A DNA stretch of 40,084 nt from a virus: the IMG/VR virus record IMGVR_UViG_3300045988_073791; one strand, written 5' to 3'. Within the stretch, counting starts at the first letter, position 1. Each line of letters opens with the position of its first letter. Positions 1 through 7,479 of the stretch are shown in pieces. Made by a program: the position numbers and the translations under genes. Below the pieces are notes generated by a model. That model did not search any database, had not been told where the DNA came from, and was given only the letters and a program-made list of their open reading frames with translations.

Positions 1-55
1 CTAACTATATAAATGGGATTATTTTAACACACTATAAATCAGTAAGTTAATAACT
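1..55. repeat. Terminal direct repeat, copy 1 (identical to 40030..40084)
   Basis: ctaactatataaatgggattattttaacacactataaatcagtaagttaataact is read at both ends of the window. Confidence 0.95.
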
Positions 56-90
56 ATATTTATTTATTTGCTGAAAATTTGCTGTACTAT

Positions 91-555
91 TTACTGAAAT
101 AAATCCGGCTGCATTTCGTCTAAAATCCCGTCCCCGTTTGCGTCCAGCGTCCGGTTATCTAACTTAAATTGTATAATGGTATTTTCAAAATATGACAGCG
201 CACCGCCAGTAGACAAATCGCCAGAATTAAAATCGCCGGTATTAAGCCCACCATTTAAGATAGCCGTAAAAGCCGTAGGACTTTCAAAATCTGCCGTTAT
301 TGTTAAATCCTCAACACGATACACATAGTTGGGATATTCCCCAGACGTACTAACATTATTCCAGCTGCCTACTACTTTGCCATAAATGAACGGTGCGAAG
401 TAGGTACACTTTCCTTTTTCCAAAACCACGCATACCACTAAATCCATAGCGTCTGCGATGTACTGACCATCCGCAGGCACGGCAGTATCTGTTTCGTCTT
501 TGGAGCATGAACACAGGGCGACTGCCGCCAAAATAAGTAATGCTATCTTTTTCAT
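91..555 (-). CDS. Secreted lipoprotein of unknown function (candidate lysogeny-expressed moron)
   Basis: The N-terminus MKKIALLILAAVALCSCSKDE is a signal peptide plus lipobox Cys. Its ATG overlaps the repressor stop codon (ATGA on the minus strand), so it is co-transcribed with the repressor. Confidence 0.75.
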   Translation of the reverse strand: MKKIALLILAAVALCSCSKDETDTAVPADGQYIADAMDLVVCVVLEKGKCTYFAPFIYGKVVGSWNNVSTSGEYPNYVYRVEDLTITADFESPTAFTAILNGGLNTGDFNSGDLSTGGALSYFENTIIQFKLDNRTLDANGDGILDEMQPDLFQ

Positions 556-917
556 TTTTTCAGTATTTCTAATAACGTCTGTATCTGCCTATCTTTTTCC
601 GCCAGCATATCCCGTACAAAACTTTCCGGCAGTGTGTTGTTATCGCTGTTTACTTTGCTGTTTACATTGTGGCTGTTTACCACAGAGGCAGAAGCCAGCG
701 ACATATCGCCCCTACCACGTAGTAGCCATTCAAGCGACATTTCCGGCAGAGCCTCAGCAATAAGTAAAATTGTACTTAACGATACTGCGGTATCGCTGTT
801 TATCTGGTTATTTAGTGTTTTCTGATTAACCCCAAACTTTTTAGCCAAGCTGGTAGGGTTTTCGTTATACGCTTCTAAAGCGGTGCGCAGGCGGTTTTTT
901 ACTCCTATTTCGTCCAT
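552..917 (-). CDS. XRE/cI-type helix-turn-helix transcriptional repressor
   Basis: HTH segment NPTSLAKKFGVNQKTLNNQIN followed by LEWLLRGRGDM. It is divergent from the + strand early genes across a repeat-bearing 225-nt intergenic region. Confidence 0.8.
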   Translation of the reverse strand: MDEIGVKNRLRTALEAYNENPTSLAKKFGVNQKTLNNQINSDTAVSLSTILLIAEALPEMSLEWLLRGRGDMSLASASVVNSHNVNSKVNSDNNTLPESFVRDMLAEKDRQIQTLLEILKK

Positions 918-1142
918 TTTTCAATTTATAAGTAAAATTCTACTCAAAATATTTGGTAGATAAGTAAAATATTACTTCCTTTGCACCAACGAACGAGTAA
1001 ACAAAGTCGTTAGCGCGTAGAAAGGGCTGCCGACCTGAGTAGGCCAGCCAACCAAACCAATTTATTACCGCCACAAAGTTAGGCAGTTTTTTCTATTGCG
1101 CCAACAAACGAACCAAGTTTTTTAACTGTAAAGTATTGAAAA
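918..1142. promoter_or_regulatory. Divergent lysis/lysogeny switch region with two pairs of direct repeats (candidate operators)
   Basis: ataagtaaaattctact (928..944) and ataagtaaaatattact (960..976) are 15/17 identical. ttgcaccaacgaacgag (981..997) and ttgcgccaacaaacgaa (1096..1112) are 14/17 identical. Confidence 0.5.
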
Positions 1143-1346
1143 ATGGAACAAAAGAAAGAAAAGATTACCCGCGACTGCCTACGAGCCATGAAGATAGGCG
1201 ATACGGTGGTGGTAGAGTGCAAAGACGGCTACGATTTGGATAGCCAGAAAAACACCGCTTATGCGATGCAGAAAATGGAAAACTGCCGGTTTGCCTGCAA
1301 ATCGGACGGACTGACATTAACCGTAACGAAACATGGTATCAGTTAA
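1143..1346 (+). CDS. Hypothetical small early protein
   Basis: First + strand ORF after the switch region. It overlaps the next ORF, giving operon-like packing. Confidence 0.55.
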   Translation: MEQKKEKITRDCLRAMKIGDTVVVECKDGYDLDSQKNTAYAMQKMENCRFACKSDGLTLTVTKHGIS

Positions 1347-1533
1347 ACCCGTGTGCGACCCGGATAGACGCTACAGCCAAAAGGAAGCGGCGGAACTGCT
1401 GGGCGTGGAACGCCACACAGTCAGACGCTGGGAGGTTGAGGGCTGGATACGCTTTCAAGTGCGCAAAGCCGGACGGGCGAAGTTTACCACTGGCAAACAG
1501 ATTATCAAGTGCTGGGAAACCACCTATTTATAA
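1333..1533 (+). CDS. Helix-turn-helix DNA-binding protein (excisionase/MerR-like HTH type)
   Basis: YSQKEAAELLGVERHTVRRWEVEGWI resembles the excisionase-family HTH. Confidence 0.65.
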   Translation: MVSVKPVCDPDRRYSQKEAAELLGVERHTVRRWEVEGWIRFQVRKAGRAKFTTGKQIIKCWETTYL

Positions 1534-1553
1534 CAATTCAAAATTAACGAGAT

Positions 1554-1772
1554 ATGAAAGCGATTTATTACTGCATCCTTTTCGTGCTGGGCTTCATAGC
1601 CATAATCGGCATTTTCTCAGAGCCGGAGCCAGCATTAGACATGGTACGCTGGACTACTGTTTTTGTTGTATCGAAGTCCGTAGGCTTTGCCGCCGGATAT
1701 ATCGCGTACCGTCTGATGGTGCGCTGGGAAAAAGAGGGAAAGATAAAGTTACCCGATGATGACGAAGCATAA
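1554..1772 (+). CDS. Small membrane protein (two hydrophobic helices)
   Basis: Hydrophobic segments AIYYCILFVLGFIAIIGIF and TTVFVVSKSVGFAAGYIAY. Confidence 0.6.
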   Translation: MKAIYYCILFVLGFIAIIGIFSEPEPALDMVRWTTVFVVSKSVGFAAGYIAYRLMVRWEKEGKIKLPDDDEA

Positions 1773-1784
1773 AACCTATCTACT

Positions 1785-1991
1785 ATGGCTATCAACTTCA
1801 AAAAGCTAAAAGCGCAAATCAAACCGTTTAAGCCGGAAACTAAAAACGGCTACATCTTTATCGCTACCGATGAGCAAAAGAAAAACGGTGTATGCAGTGT
1901 GGCTAAACCGGGAAGCAAACGCGGCTTACTATCCGCTTTAGTATGGTTTATCCAGAATGACGCAGATTTCAAAAAAGAATTTACCCTATAA
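1785..1991 (+). CDS. Hypothetical protein
   Basis: ORF in a compact + strand array. Confidence 0.55.
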   Translation: MAINFKKLKAQIKPFKPETKNGYIFIATDEQKKNGVCSVAKPGSKRGLLSALVWFIQNDADFKKEFTL

Positions 1992-2003
1992 ATCAAACAA
2001 GTT

Positions 2004-2588
2004 ATGCAACCAATCCAGATTAACGTACAGGTTAGTATCGGACTTAACAGCGAACTATTTACGCTGCTTTCGTCCGTAGTGAACCGTCCGGCGCAGGTGG
2101 CGGAACTGCCAGCAGCACCGAGGAACAAGAAACCGGCAAAGCCCCAACCGGAACCGAAGCCGGAAGTAACCAACCAGCCGACCCCGACCGATGGCCAGGC
2201 CACAGCATCCGAAGAACCGGAACCGCAGCCAGAAGCGACAAAGCCGGAACCGGAACCAGCCCCGGTGCAAGAGCCTGCACCCGAACCACAGCGGGAACCG
2301 GAACCAGCCCAAGAGGGGGCAAAAGAGTACACCGAGGTAGATGTACGGGCGGCAATGGATAGAACCCGCAAGCGTATCGAGGGCGAGAACTACAAGGAAA
2401 AAACCGACAGCGAGGGGTACAAGAAGTGGCACCGGGTACTGACCGGATGGTTTAAGAACACGGCGGCGATGTTTGGCGCAGAAAAGCCAAGCGCATTACC
2501 CGACAGCGAGAGCCGCGCCAAATTCATAGCGTGCTGCGATGCCGTACAGGTAAAAGGCGATGAACTAATAGAAGATTGTCCGTTTTGA
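2004..2588 (+). CDS. Hypothetical protein with Pro/Glu-rich low-complexity linker
   Basis: A KPQPEPKPE...EPEPQPEATKPEPEPAPVQEPAPEPQREPEP linker is followed by a globular C-terminus. The gene is tightly packed with its neighbours. Confidence 0.65.
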   Translation: MQPIQINVQVSIGLNSELFTLLSSVVNRPAQVAELPAAPRNKKPAKPQPEPKPEVTNQPTPTDGQATASEEPEPQPEATKPEPEPAPVQEPAPEPQREPEPAQEGAKEYTEVDVRAAMDRTRKRIEGENYKEKTDSEGYKKWHRVLTGWFKNTAAMFGAEKPSALPDSESRAKFIACCDAVQVKGDELIEDCPF

Positions 2589-2591
2589 CCT

Positions 2592-3746
2592 ATGGGAGCA
2601 CACGCACTATTAAGCCCGTCCGCCGCGCACAGGTGGATTAACTGCACAGCCGCACCGCGGCTGGAGGCGACAGTAGAGGACAGCGGCAGCAGTTATGCCG
2701 CAGAGGGAACATTAGCGCACGCCTACTGCGCTATAAAACTGAAAGAGTTTTTAGGCCGTGACATTTCCGATGAGGCGGCAGAGATAGCCGAACTGGATAG
2801 CCAGTACCACACCGGGGAAATGGACGAATACACGGACACATACAAAACTATCGTACTGGAGAAGTACAACGCCGCACGCGCCAGCGTGGCAGATGCGCAG
2901 CTGCTGATAGAAACCCGTCTGGATTTCAGCAATTATATCCCGGACGCTTTCGGTACTGCCGATGCTATCATAATCGCAGACGGCACTATGGAGGTGATAG
3001 ACTTCAAGTATGGCAAAGGCGTTAGGGTATCCGCATACCGAAACCCGCAGATGATGATATACGCGCTGGGCGCATACGACCGGTTTAACTTCGAGTACAA
3101 GATAGACCGGGTGCGCATGACCATAGTACAGCCGCGTATCGACAACCTAAGCGAGTTTGAGCTATCCGTATCCGATTTGCTGGCATGGACGGATGAAACG
3201 CTGATACCGAAAGCAAACGAGGCATACGGCGAGAACGGCGTACAGGTGCCGGGCGACTGGTGCCAATTCTGCAAAGTGAAAAGCATCTGCCGAGTGCTTA
3301 CTCAGAAATGCACCGGCGCAGCCTCAGACCACCCAGACCCGAAACTGTTAAGCCCGGAAGAACTGGCCACGGACGTACTGCCGCTGCTGGCTACGGTTAA
3401 GACATGGTTAGCAGGCGTGGAGGATTACGCGCTACAGCAGGCGTTAAGCGGCATACAGTTACCCGGCTGGAAAATCGTAGAGGGGCGCAGCGTCCGGAAG
3501 ATTACCGACCAAGAAGCCGCAGCCGTGGCACTGAACAAAGCCGGATACAAGACCACCGAGATATACAAGCCGCAGGAACTGCGAACCATTACCGAACTGG
3601 AGAAGCTGGTAGGAAAGAAACAGTTTGCCGCTATCTGTAGTGACTATATCGAAAAGCCGCAGGGCAAACCGACACTGGCACCGGAAAGCGACAAACGCCC
3701 GGCGATAGACCCGGTAGCGGACGATTTCAAAAACATAAACCTATGA
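2592..3746 (+). CDS. PD-(D/E)XK (Cas4/RecB-like) nuclease, DUF2800-type
   Basis: N-terminus HALLSPSAAHRWINCTAAPRLE, a core DAIIIADGTMEVIDFKYGKG (D...D/ExK), and C-terminal Cys residues (WCQFCKVKSIC). Confidence 0.8.
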   Translation: MGAHALLSPSAAHRWINCTAAPRLEATVEDSGSSYAAEGTLAHAYCAIKLKEFLGRDISDEAAEIAELDSQYHTGEMDEYTDTYKTIVLEKYNAARASVADAQLLIETRLDFSNYIPDAFGTADAIIIADGTMEVIDFKYGKGVRVSAYRNPQMMIYALGAYDRFNFEYKIDRVRMTIVQPRIDNLSEFELSVSDLLAWTDETLIPKANEAYGENGVQVPGDWCQFCKVKSICRVLTQKCTGAASDHPDPKLLSPEELATDVLPLLATVKTWLAGVEDYALQQALSGIQLPGWKIVEGRSVRKITDQEAAAVALNKAGYKTTEIYKPQELRTITELEKLVGKKQFAAICSDYIEKPQGKPTLAPESDKRPAIDPVADDFKNINL

Positions 3747-3750
3747 GCCT

Positions 3751-3858
3751 ATGCAGGTAGTGTTTGATTTCGTTATGCAGCATCCGTTTTGGGCTTTGTA
3801 TCTGGCTATCCTGCTGGGCATAGCGGTACACGGATTTAGAAGCAACAAAGACAAATAA
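3751..3858 (+). CDS. Possible 35-aa membrane peptide
   Basis: Translates to MQVVFDFVMQHPFWALYLAILLGIAVHGFRSNKDK and fills the gap between two genes. It is below the ORF-track length cut-off. Confidence 0.3.
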   Translation: MQVVFDFVMQHPFWALYLAILLGIAVHGFRSNKDK

Positions 3859-3885
3859 AGTGTTTAACATCAAAATTTTACAGAA

Positions 3886-4446
3886 ATGATTACACCAATC
3901 GTAAAAGAAACCAAAGTAGTTTTCGGCCCGTGCCGACTGAGTTACACCCACGTATTTAGCAAGTTTGCCCCGGACGGTGACACCGCCAGCGGCAAGTATA
4001 TGACAAACGTACTGATACCGAAAGAGGAAAAGGAAACCATTAAGGCTATCCAGCAGGCTATCGAAACAGCCAGAAAATCCGGTATCGTATCGAAGTGGGG
4101 CGGCAAAGAACCTAAAAAACTGGATATGCCGCTGCGTGACGGCGATACAGACAAAGACGATGACGATGTATATGCCGGACACTTCTACGTGAACGCAAAG
4201 AGCAACACGCGCCCCGGTATCGTAGACAAGAACAAAGCCCCTATCGTAGATGAGGACGATATATATAGCGGCGTTTGGGCTATCGTGTCGGTAACATTCT
4301 ACGCCTATGACGTAAACGGAAACCGTGGCGTGGCGTGTGGGCTTAACAACATTATGAAATACAAGGATGACGAGCGACTGGGCGGCAGAGCATCTGCCGA
4401 AAGCGACTTTGCCGACCTTGATATGGAGGATGACGAAGATTTGTAA
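3886..4446 (+). CDS. Phage ssDNA-binding protein, DUF2815-type
   Basis: An N-terminal VVFGPCRLSYTHVF motif, an acidic C-terminal tail DFADLDMEDDEDL typical of SSBs, and synteny with the DUF2800 nuclease and DNA polymerase. Confidence 0.75.
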   Translation: MITPIVKETKVVFGPCRLSYTHVFSKFAPDGDTASGKYMTNVLIPKEEKETIKAIQQAIETARKSGIVSKWGGKEPKKLDMPLRDGDTDKDDDDVYAGHFYVNAKSNTRPGIVDKNKAPIVDEDDIYSGVWAIVSVTFYAYDVNGNRGVACGLNNIMKYKDDERLGGRASAESDFADLDMEDDEDL

Positions 4447-4450
4447 GGCT

Positions 4451-4681
4451 ATGAAACAGATAGTAGTAAAACTGACCGAAGAACAGCAGGCGTTAATCAA
4501 ACTATCCGCTACTGCCATTGACGCTAAAGCCAGCAAGCCGATTATAGAAGCTATGGACGCTACAGACAGCGTGGAGATAGATTTTAACGAACTGCTGGAA
4601 AGCAAAGAAGAACAGAACCAAATAGTAGTCGCTATGGGTCTGATGGCTATAGGGAAAATCGCCAACGACCTAAACGTATAA
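4451..4681 (+). CDS. Hypothetical protein (77 aa)
   Basis: The ATG at 4451 (MKQIVVKLTEEQQ) is preferred over the track start 4367, which overlaps the preceding gene out of frame. Confidence 0.55.
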   Translation: MKQIVVKLTEEQQALIKLSATAIDAKASKPIIEAMDATDSVEIDFNELLESKEEQNQIVVAMGLMAIGKIANDLNV

Positions 4682-4686
4682 CATTT

Positions 4687-4715
4687 GCCCGGTGTGGGTG
4701 CATCCTGCACCGGGC
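4687..4715 (+). terminator. Strong stem-loop (about 12 bp including two G-U pairs, 5-nt loop) right after the 4451..4681 stop codon
   Basis: gcccggtgtggg / tgcat / cctgcaccgggc. No clear T-run follows, so a terminator function is uncertain. Confidence 0.35.
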
Positions 4716-4732
4716 TATTAAAAGGAAACGAT

Positions 4733-5191
4733 ATGCAAGAGATATTATTAACCATAGCGGAACGATGCCACGCAGCGGCAACGAAGCGGGGCAAAGATAC
4801 CACGGGTGTAGGTTGCATCCAGTCTTTGCGCATGGAACTGGGCGAATACTGGAAAGCGACCGACAGAGCCACAGAAACGCCTGAATTTGACGAAATAATA
4901 GCGCAGGCGGGCAAACTATCGGATGAAGATTTTGCAGCGTTCTACGGGGCTAAAATCCATAATACGGCGACCGATGAACTGGCAGACATTCTGATAGTGG
5001 CGGCTACGTGGCTGTGGGAAGCGAAAGCCGAAGCAGGCGACAATTTCCAGCCCGGCAGGTCTATAGATGTTATGCTGCTGACCGGTGCCGTGCAGTTTGT
5101 CTGCGGACAGATGGCAGACCAGCACGACATAGAGAGGCTGCGCAAAGTGGTTAATCTGAAAATGCGGTATAACGAACCGAGAAAGGATTAG
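4733..5191 (+). CDS. MazG-like nucleotide pyrophosphohydrolase (tentative)
   Basis: An all-helical protein with LRMELGEYWKA and TDELADILIVAATWLWE, which resemble MazG EExxE/D motifs. The ATG at 4733 is preferred because the non-ATG track start 4685 runs through the hairpin. Confidence 0.5.
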   Translation: MQEILLTIAERCHAAATKRGKDTTGVGCIQSLRMELGEYWKATDRATETPEFDEIIAQAGKLSDEDFAAFYGAKIHNTATDELADILIVAATWLWEAKAEAGDNFQPGRSIDVMLLTGAVQFVCGQMADQHDIERLRKVVNLKMRYNEPRKD

Positions 5192-5194
5192 CCG

Positions 5195-7141
5195 ATGCGC
5201 GAGATAGGGATAGACATAGAAACCTACAGCAGCCACGATTTGAAAAGCTGCGGCGTTTACCGCTATGTGGAGGCACCGGATTTCGCTATAATCCTATTTG
5301 GGTACAGCGTGGACGGTAGCCCGGTAAAATGCGTGGATTTGGCGCAGGGCGAAAAAATACCCGATGATGTGTTTGCCGCACTGACCGACCCGGCAGTTAC
5401 CAAGACGGCATTTAACGCCGCCTTTGAGCGTGTTTGTATCGGCAAATACTTTTTCGGCAAGCCGTTAGACCCGGCGCAGTGGCGGTGTACGATGGTGCGT
5501 GCAGCCCGTATGGGCCTACCGCTATCACTGGAACAGTGCGGCGAAGTGCTGAGGCTGGAGAACGGAAAAATGAAAGAGGGCAAAACACTAATCCGCTATT
5601 TTTCCACACCGACCAAAGGCAAACGGCATTTGCCAGCGGATGCACCGGACAGATGGGAGGTTTTCAAGCAGTACAATATCCGGGACGTTGAGGTAGAGCA
5701 GCAGATATTAGCCAAAGTGCGCAGGCTGGAACCGGCGGAATTTGACGAAAGACTGTACACGGTAGACCAACGGATAAACGACCGTGGCGTGCTACTGGAT
5801 AGGCAACTGGCTGAAAACGCTACGCGCTTTGATGATGAATATAAAGCGCGGCTGCTGGAAGAAGCCAAAGCCCTAACCGGTATGCCGAACCCCAACAGCC
5901 CGGCGCAAATCAAAGAGTACCTGCACAGGGCTACCGGCCTATCTATCGACAGCCTAAACAAAAAAAATCTGGATGATATAGAAAGTCAGCTAACCTACTG
6001 GCCAAAGGCACAGAAAGTTTTACGCATTAGGCGTGAAATGGGCAAAACGTCTACAAAAAAATACTGCGCTATGCTGGAGTGTGTCTGCGATGACGGACGG
6101 ATACACGGGCTTTTGCAATTCTACGGCGCAGCCCGTACCGGACGATGGGCAGGCAGGCTGGTACAGGTGCAGAACCTACCACAGAACCATTTGCCCGATT
6201 TGGACTATGCGCGGACGCTGGTTAAGGCAGGCGATTTAGACGATTTCGAGCTAAACTACGCTAACCCCACTTATGTACTATCCGAACTGATACGCACGGC
6301 TTTTATCGCAAAGTCCGGCTGCACATTCCATGTCTGCGACTTTTCGGCGATAGAAGCACGGGTAATAGCGTGGCTGGCTGGGGAGCAGTGGGTATTGGAT
6401 GTATTCCGTGCGGGCGGTGATATTTACTGCGCTACCGCCAGCCAGATGTTTAAGTGCAAGGTAGAGAAGCACGGCGAAAACGCAGAGCTTCGACAAAAGG
6501 GAAAAATAGCCGTACTGGCACTGGGCTACGGCGGCGGCGTGGCTGCGCTGGAGAACATGGGCGGTAGCCGTATGGGGCTGAGCCAGCAGGAAGAAAAAGA
6601 CATTATGACCCGCTGGAGGTCTGCAAATCCGCGCATAGTCAAGTTTTGGACTATCATAGAAACCGCTGCTGTGCGTGCCATTAAGTACGGCGAAGAAGTG
6701 ACCATTAACCGGGGCATAGTGGTATCGTATCGCTGGGGTATGCTGCTTATTACCCTACCGTCCGGGCGCACTATCTGTTACCCGCGTGCCACTATCGGAG
6801 TGGAAACCGGGGACGGATGGAGAGGCGACCACGAGATTATAGAGTATGAGGGACTGAACCAGACTACGAAGAAGTGGGAAAAGATACGCACCTATGGCGG
6901 AAAGCTGACCGAGAATGTGGTACAGGCTATCGCCCGTGACATTCTGGGCTATATCATTCTGAGAGCCGACAAAGCGGGGCTTAATATCGTATTCCACATA
7001 CACGATGAGATAGTGGTAGAAGCGGAACCGGGGCAGACCCTACAGGACGTGGAAGCCATTTTTTGCAAACCTATTGGCTGGTGCCGGGATTTGCCGCTGA
7101 AAGGCGCAGGTTATACGACACCATGCTACCTAAAAGACTAA
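5195..7141 (+). CDS. Family A DNA polymerase with N-terminal 3'-5' exonuclease domain
   Basis: IGIDIETYS (ExoI), DFSAIEARVIAWLAGE (motif A), RQKGKIAVLALGYGGG (motif B) and FHIHDEIVVEA (motif C). Confidence 0.92.
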   Translation: MREIGIDIETYSSHDLKSCGVYRYVEAPDFAIILFGYSVDGSPVKCVDLAQGEKIPDDVFAALTDPAVTKTAFNAAFERVCIGKYFFGKPLDPAQWRCTMVRAARMGLPLSLEQCGEVLRLENGKMKEGKTLIRYFSTPTKGKRHLPADAPDRWEVFKQYNIRDVEVEQQILAKVRRLEPAEFDERLYTVDQRINDRGVLLDRQLAENATRFDDEYKARLLEEAKALTGMPNPNSPAQIKEYLHRATGLSIDSLNKKNLDDIESQLTYWPKAQKVLRIRREMGKTSTKKYCAMLECVCDDGRIHGLLQFYGAARTGRWAGRLVQVQNLPQNHLPDLDYARTLVKAGDLDDFELNYANPTYVLSELIRTAFIAKSGCTFHVCDFSAIEARVIAWLAGEQWVLDVFRAGGDIYCATASQMFKCKVEKHGENAELRQKGKIAVLALGYGGGVAALENMGGSRMGLSQQEEKDIMTRWRSANPRIVKFWTIIETAAVRAIKYGEEVTINRGIVVSYRWGMLLITLPSGRTICYPRATIGVETGDGWRGDHEIIEYEGLNQTTKKWEKIRTYGGKLTENVVQAIARDILGYIILRADKAGLNIVFHIHDEIVVEAEPGQTLQDVEAIFCKPIGWCRDLPLKGAGYTTPCYLKD

Positions 7142-7145
7142 GAAT

Positions 7146-7478
7146 ATGACAGAAAGACGATTTTTAAGATTTTACTACGCCGCTATAAAGCGGTACGGTG
7201 ATAAACGCTGGACTGCCCACCACGATGTAATAGAGTTTAACCCTAACTACACGGTGAGCGTTAGCGGTCTGGAGAAAGAAGATTTTGACTACAGGGACGA
7301 TAAGCCCTATGTAGTGGAGTTATCCAACGGCACTAAGTTTCTGTGCTTTTTCCACGGCTTCGGTGACGGGCTGGAGGATGAGATACTGAGCGCACGGGGC
7401 GAAGCCGCTAACAGCTATGTGGGCGATGAGTGCGTAGCGAAAGTAAAGAAGAACATTAACAAATTAAACCAGTATTGA
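7146..7478 (+). CDS. Hypothetical protein
   Basis: Compactly spaced between the polymerase and the next gene, which starts 2 nt after its stop codon. Confidence 0.6.
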   Translation: MTERRFLRFYYAAIKRYGDKRWTAHHDVIEFNPNYTVSVSGLEKEDFDYRDDKPYVVELSNGTKFLCFFHGFGDGLEDEILSARGEAANSYVGDECVAKVKKNINKLNQY

Positions 7479-7479
7479 T

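Noticed and set aside
1-55. Terminal repeats as attL/attR of an integrated prophage
   Set aside because: No host sequence flanks either copy, and the window begins and ends precisely at the repeat. The repeat lies within a larger AT-rich int-proximal region and does not bound it. An assembly overlap of a circular molecule is the simpler explanation.
918-1142. tRNA or small RNA genes in this and the other intergenic gaps (8143..8417, 12676..12974, 15296..15436, 39818..40084)
   Set aside because: I could not find a cloverleaf-compatible arrangement or a conserved T-loop (GTTCRANNC) by eye. The weak hairpin around 1024..1047 has mismatches. This is not a definitive negative, and tRNAscan or Infernal should be run.
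1850-2371. 173-aa Gly/Ser-rich minus-strand ORF, plus two further antisense ORFs in the same span
   Set aside because: These are antisense readings of the repetitive GAACCGGAACC (Pro/Glu) linker. Low-complexity repeats stay open in several frames, and only the + frame continues into a non-repetitive domain packed against its neighbours.
3727-4914. 395-aa minus-strand ORF, the longest antisense ORF in the track
   Set aside because: It lies entirely antisense to three well-supported + strand genes (DUF2815 SSB with its acidic tail, and two neighbours). Its composition is Ser/Ile/Ala/Cys-rich with no motifs, and every surrounding gene is on the + strand. It is a shadow ORF.
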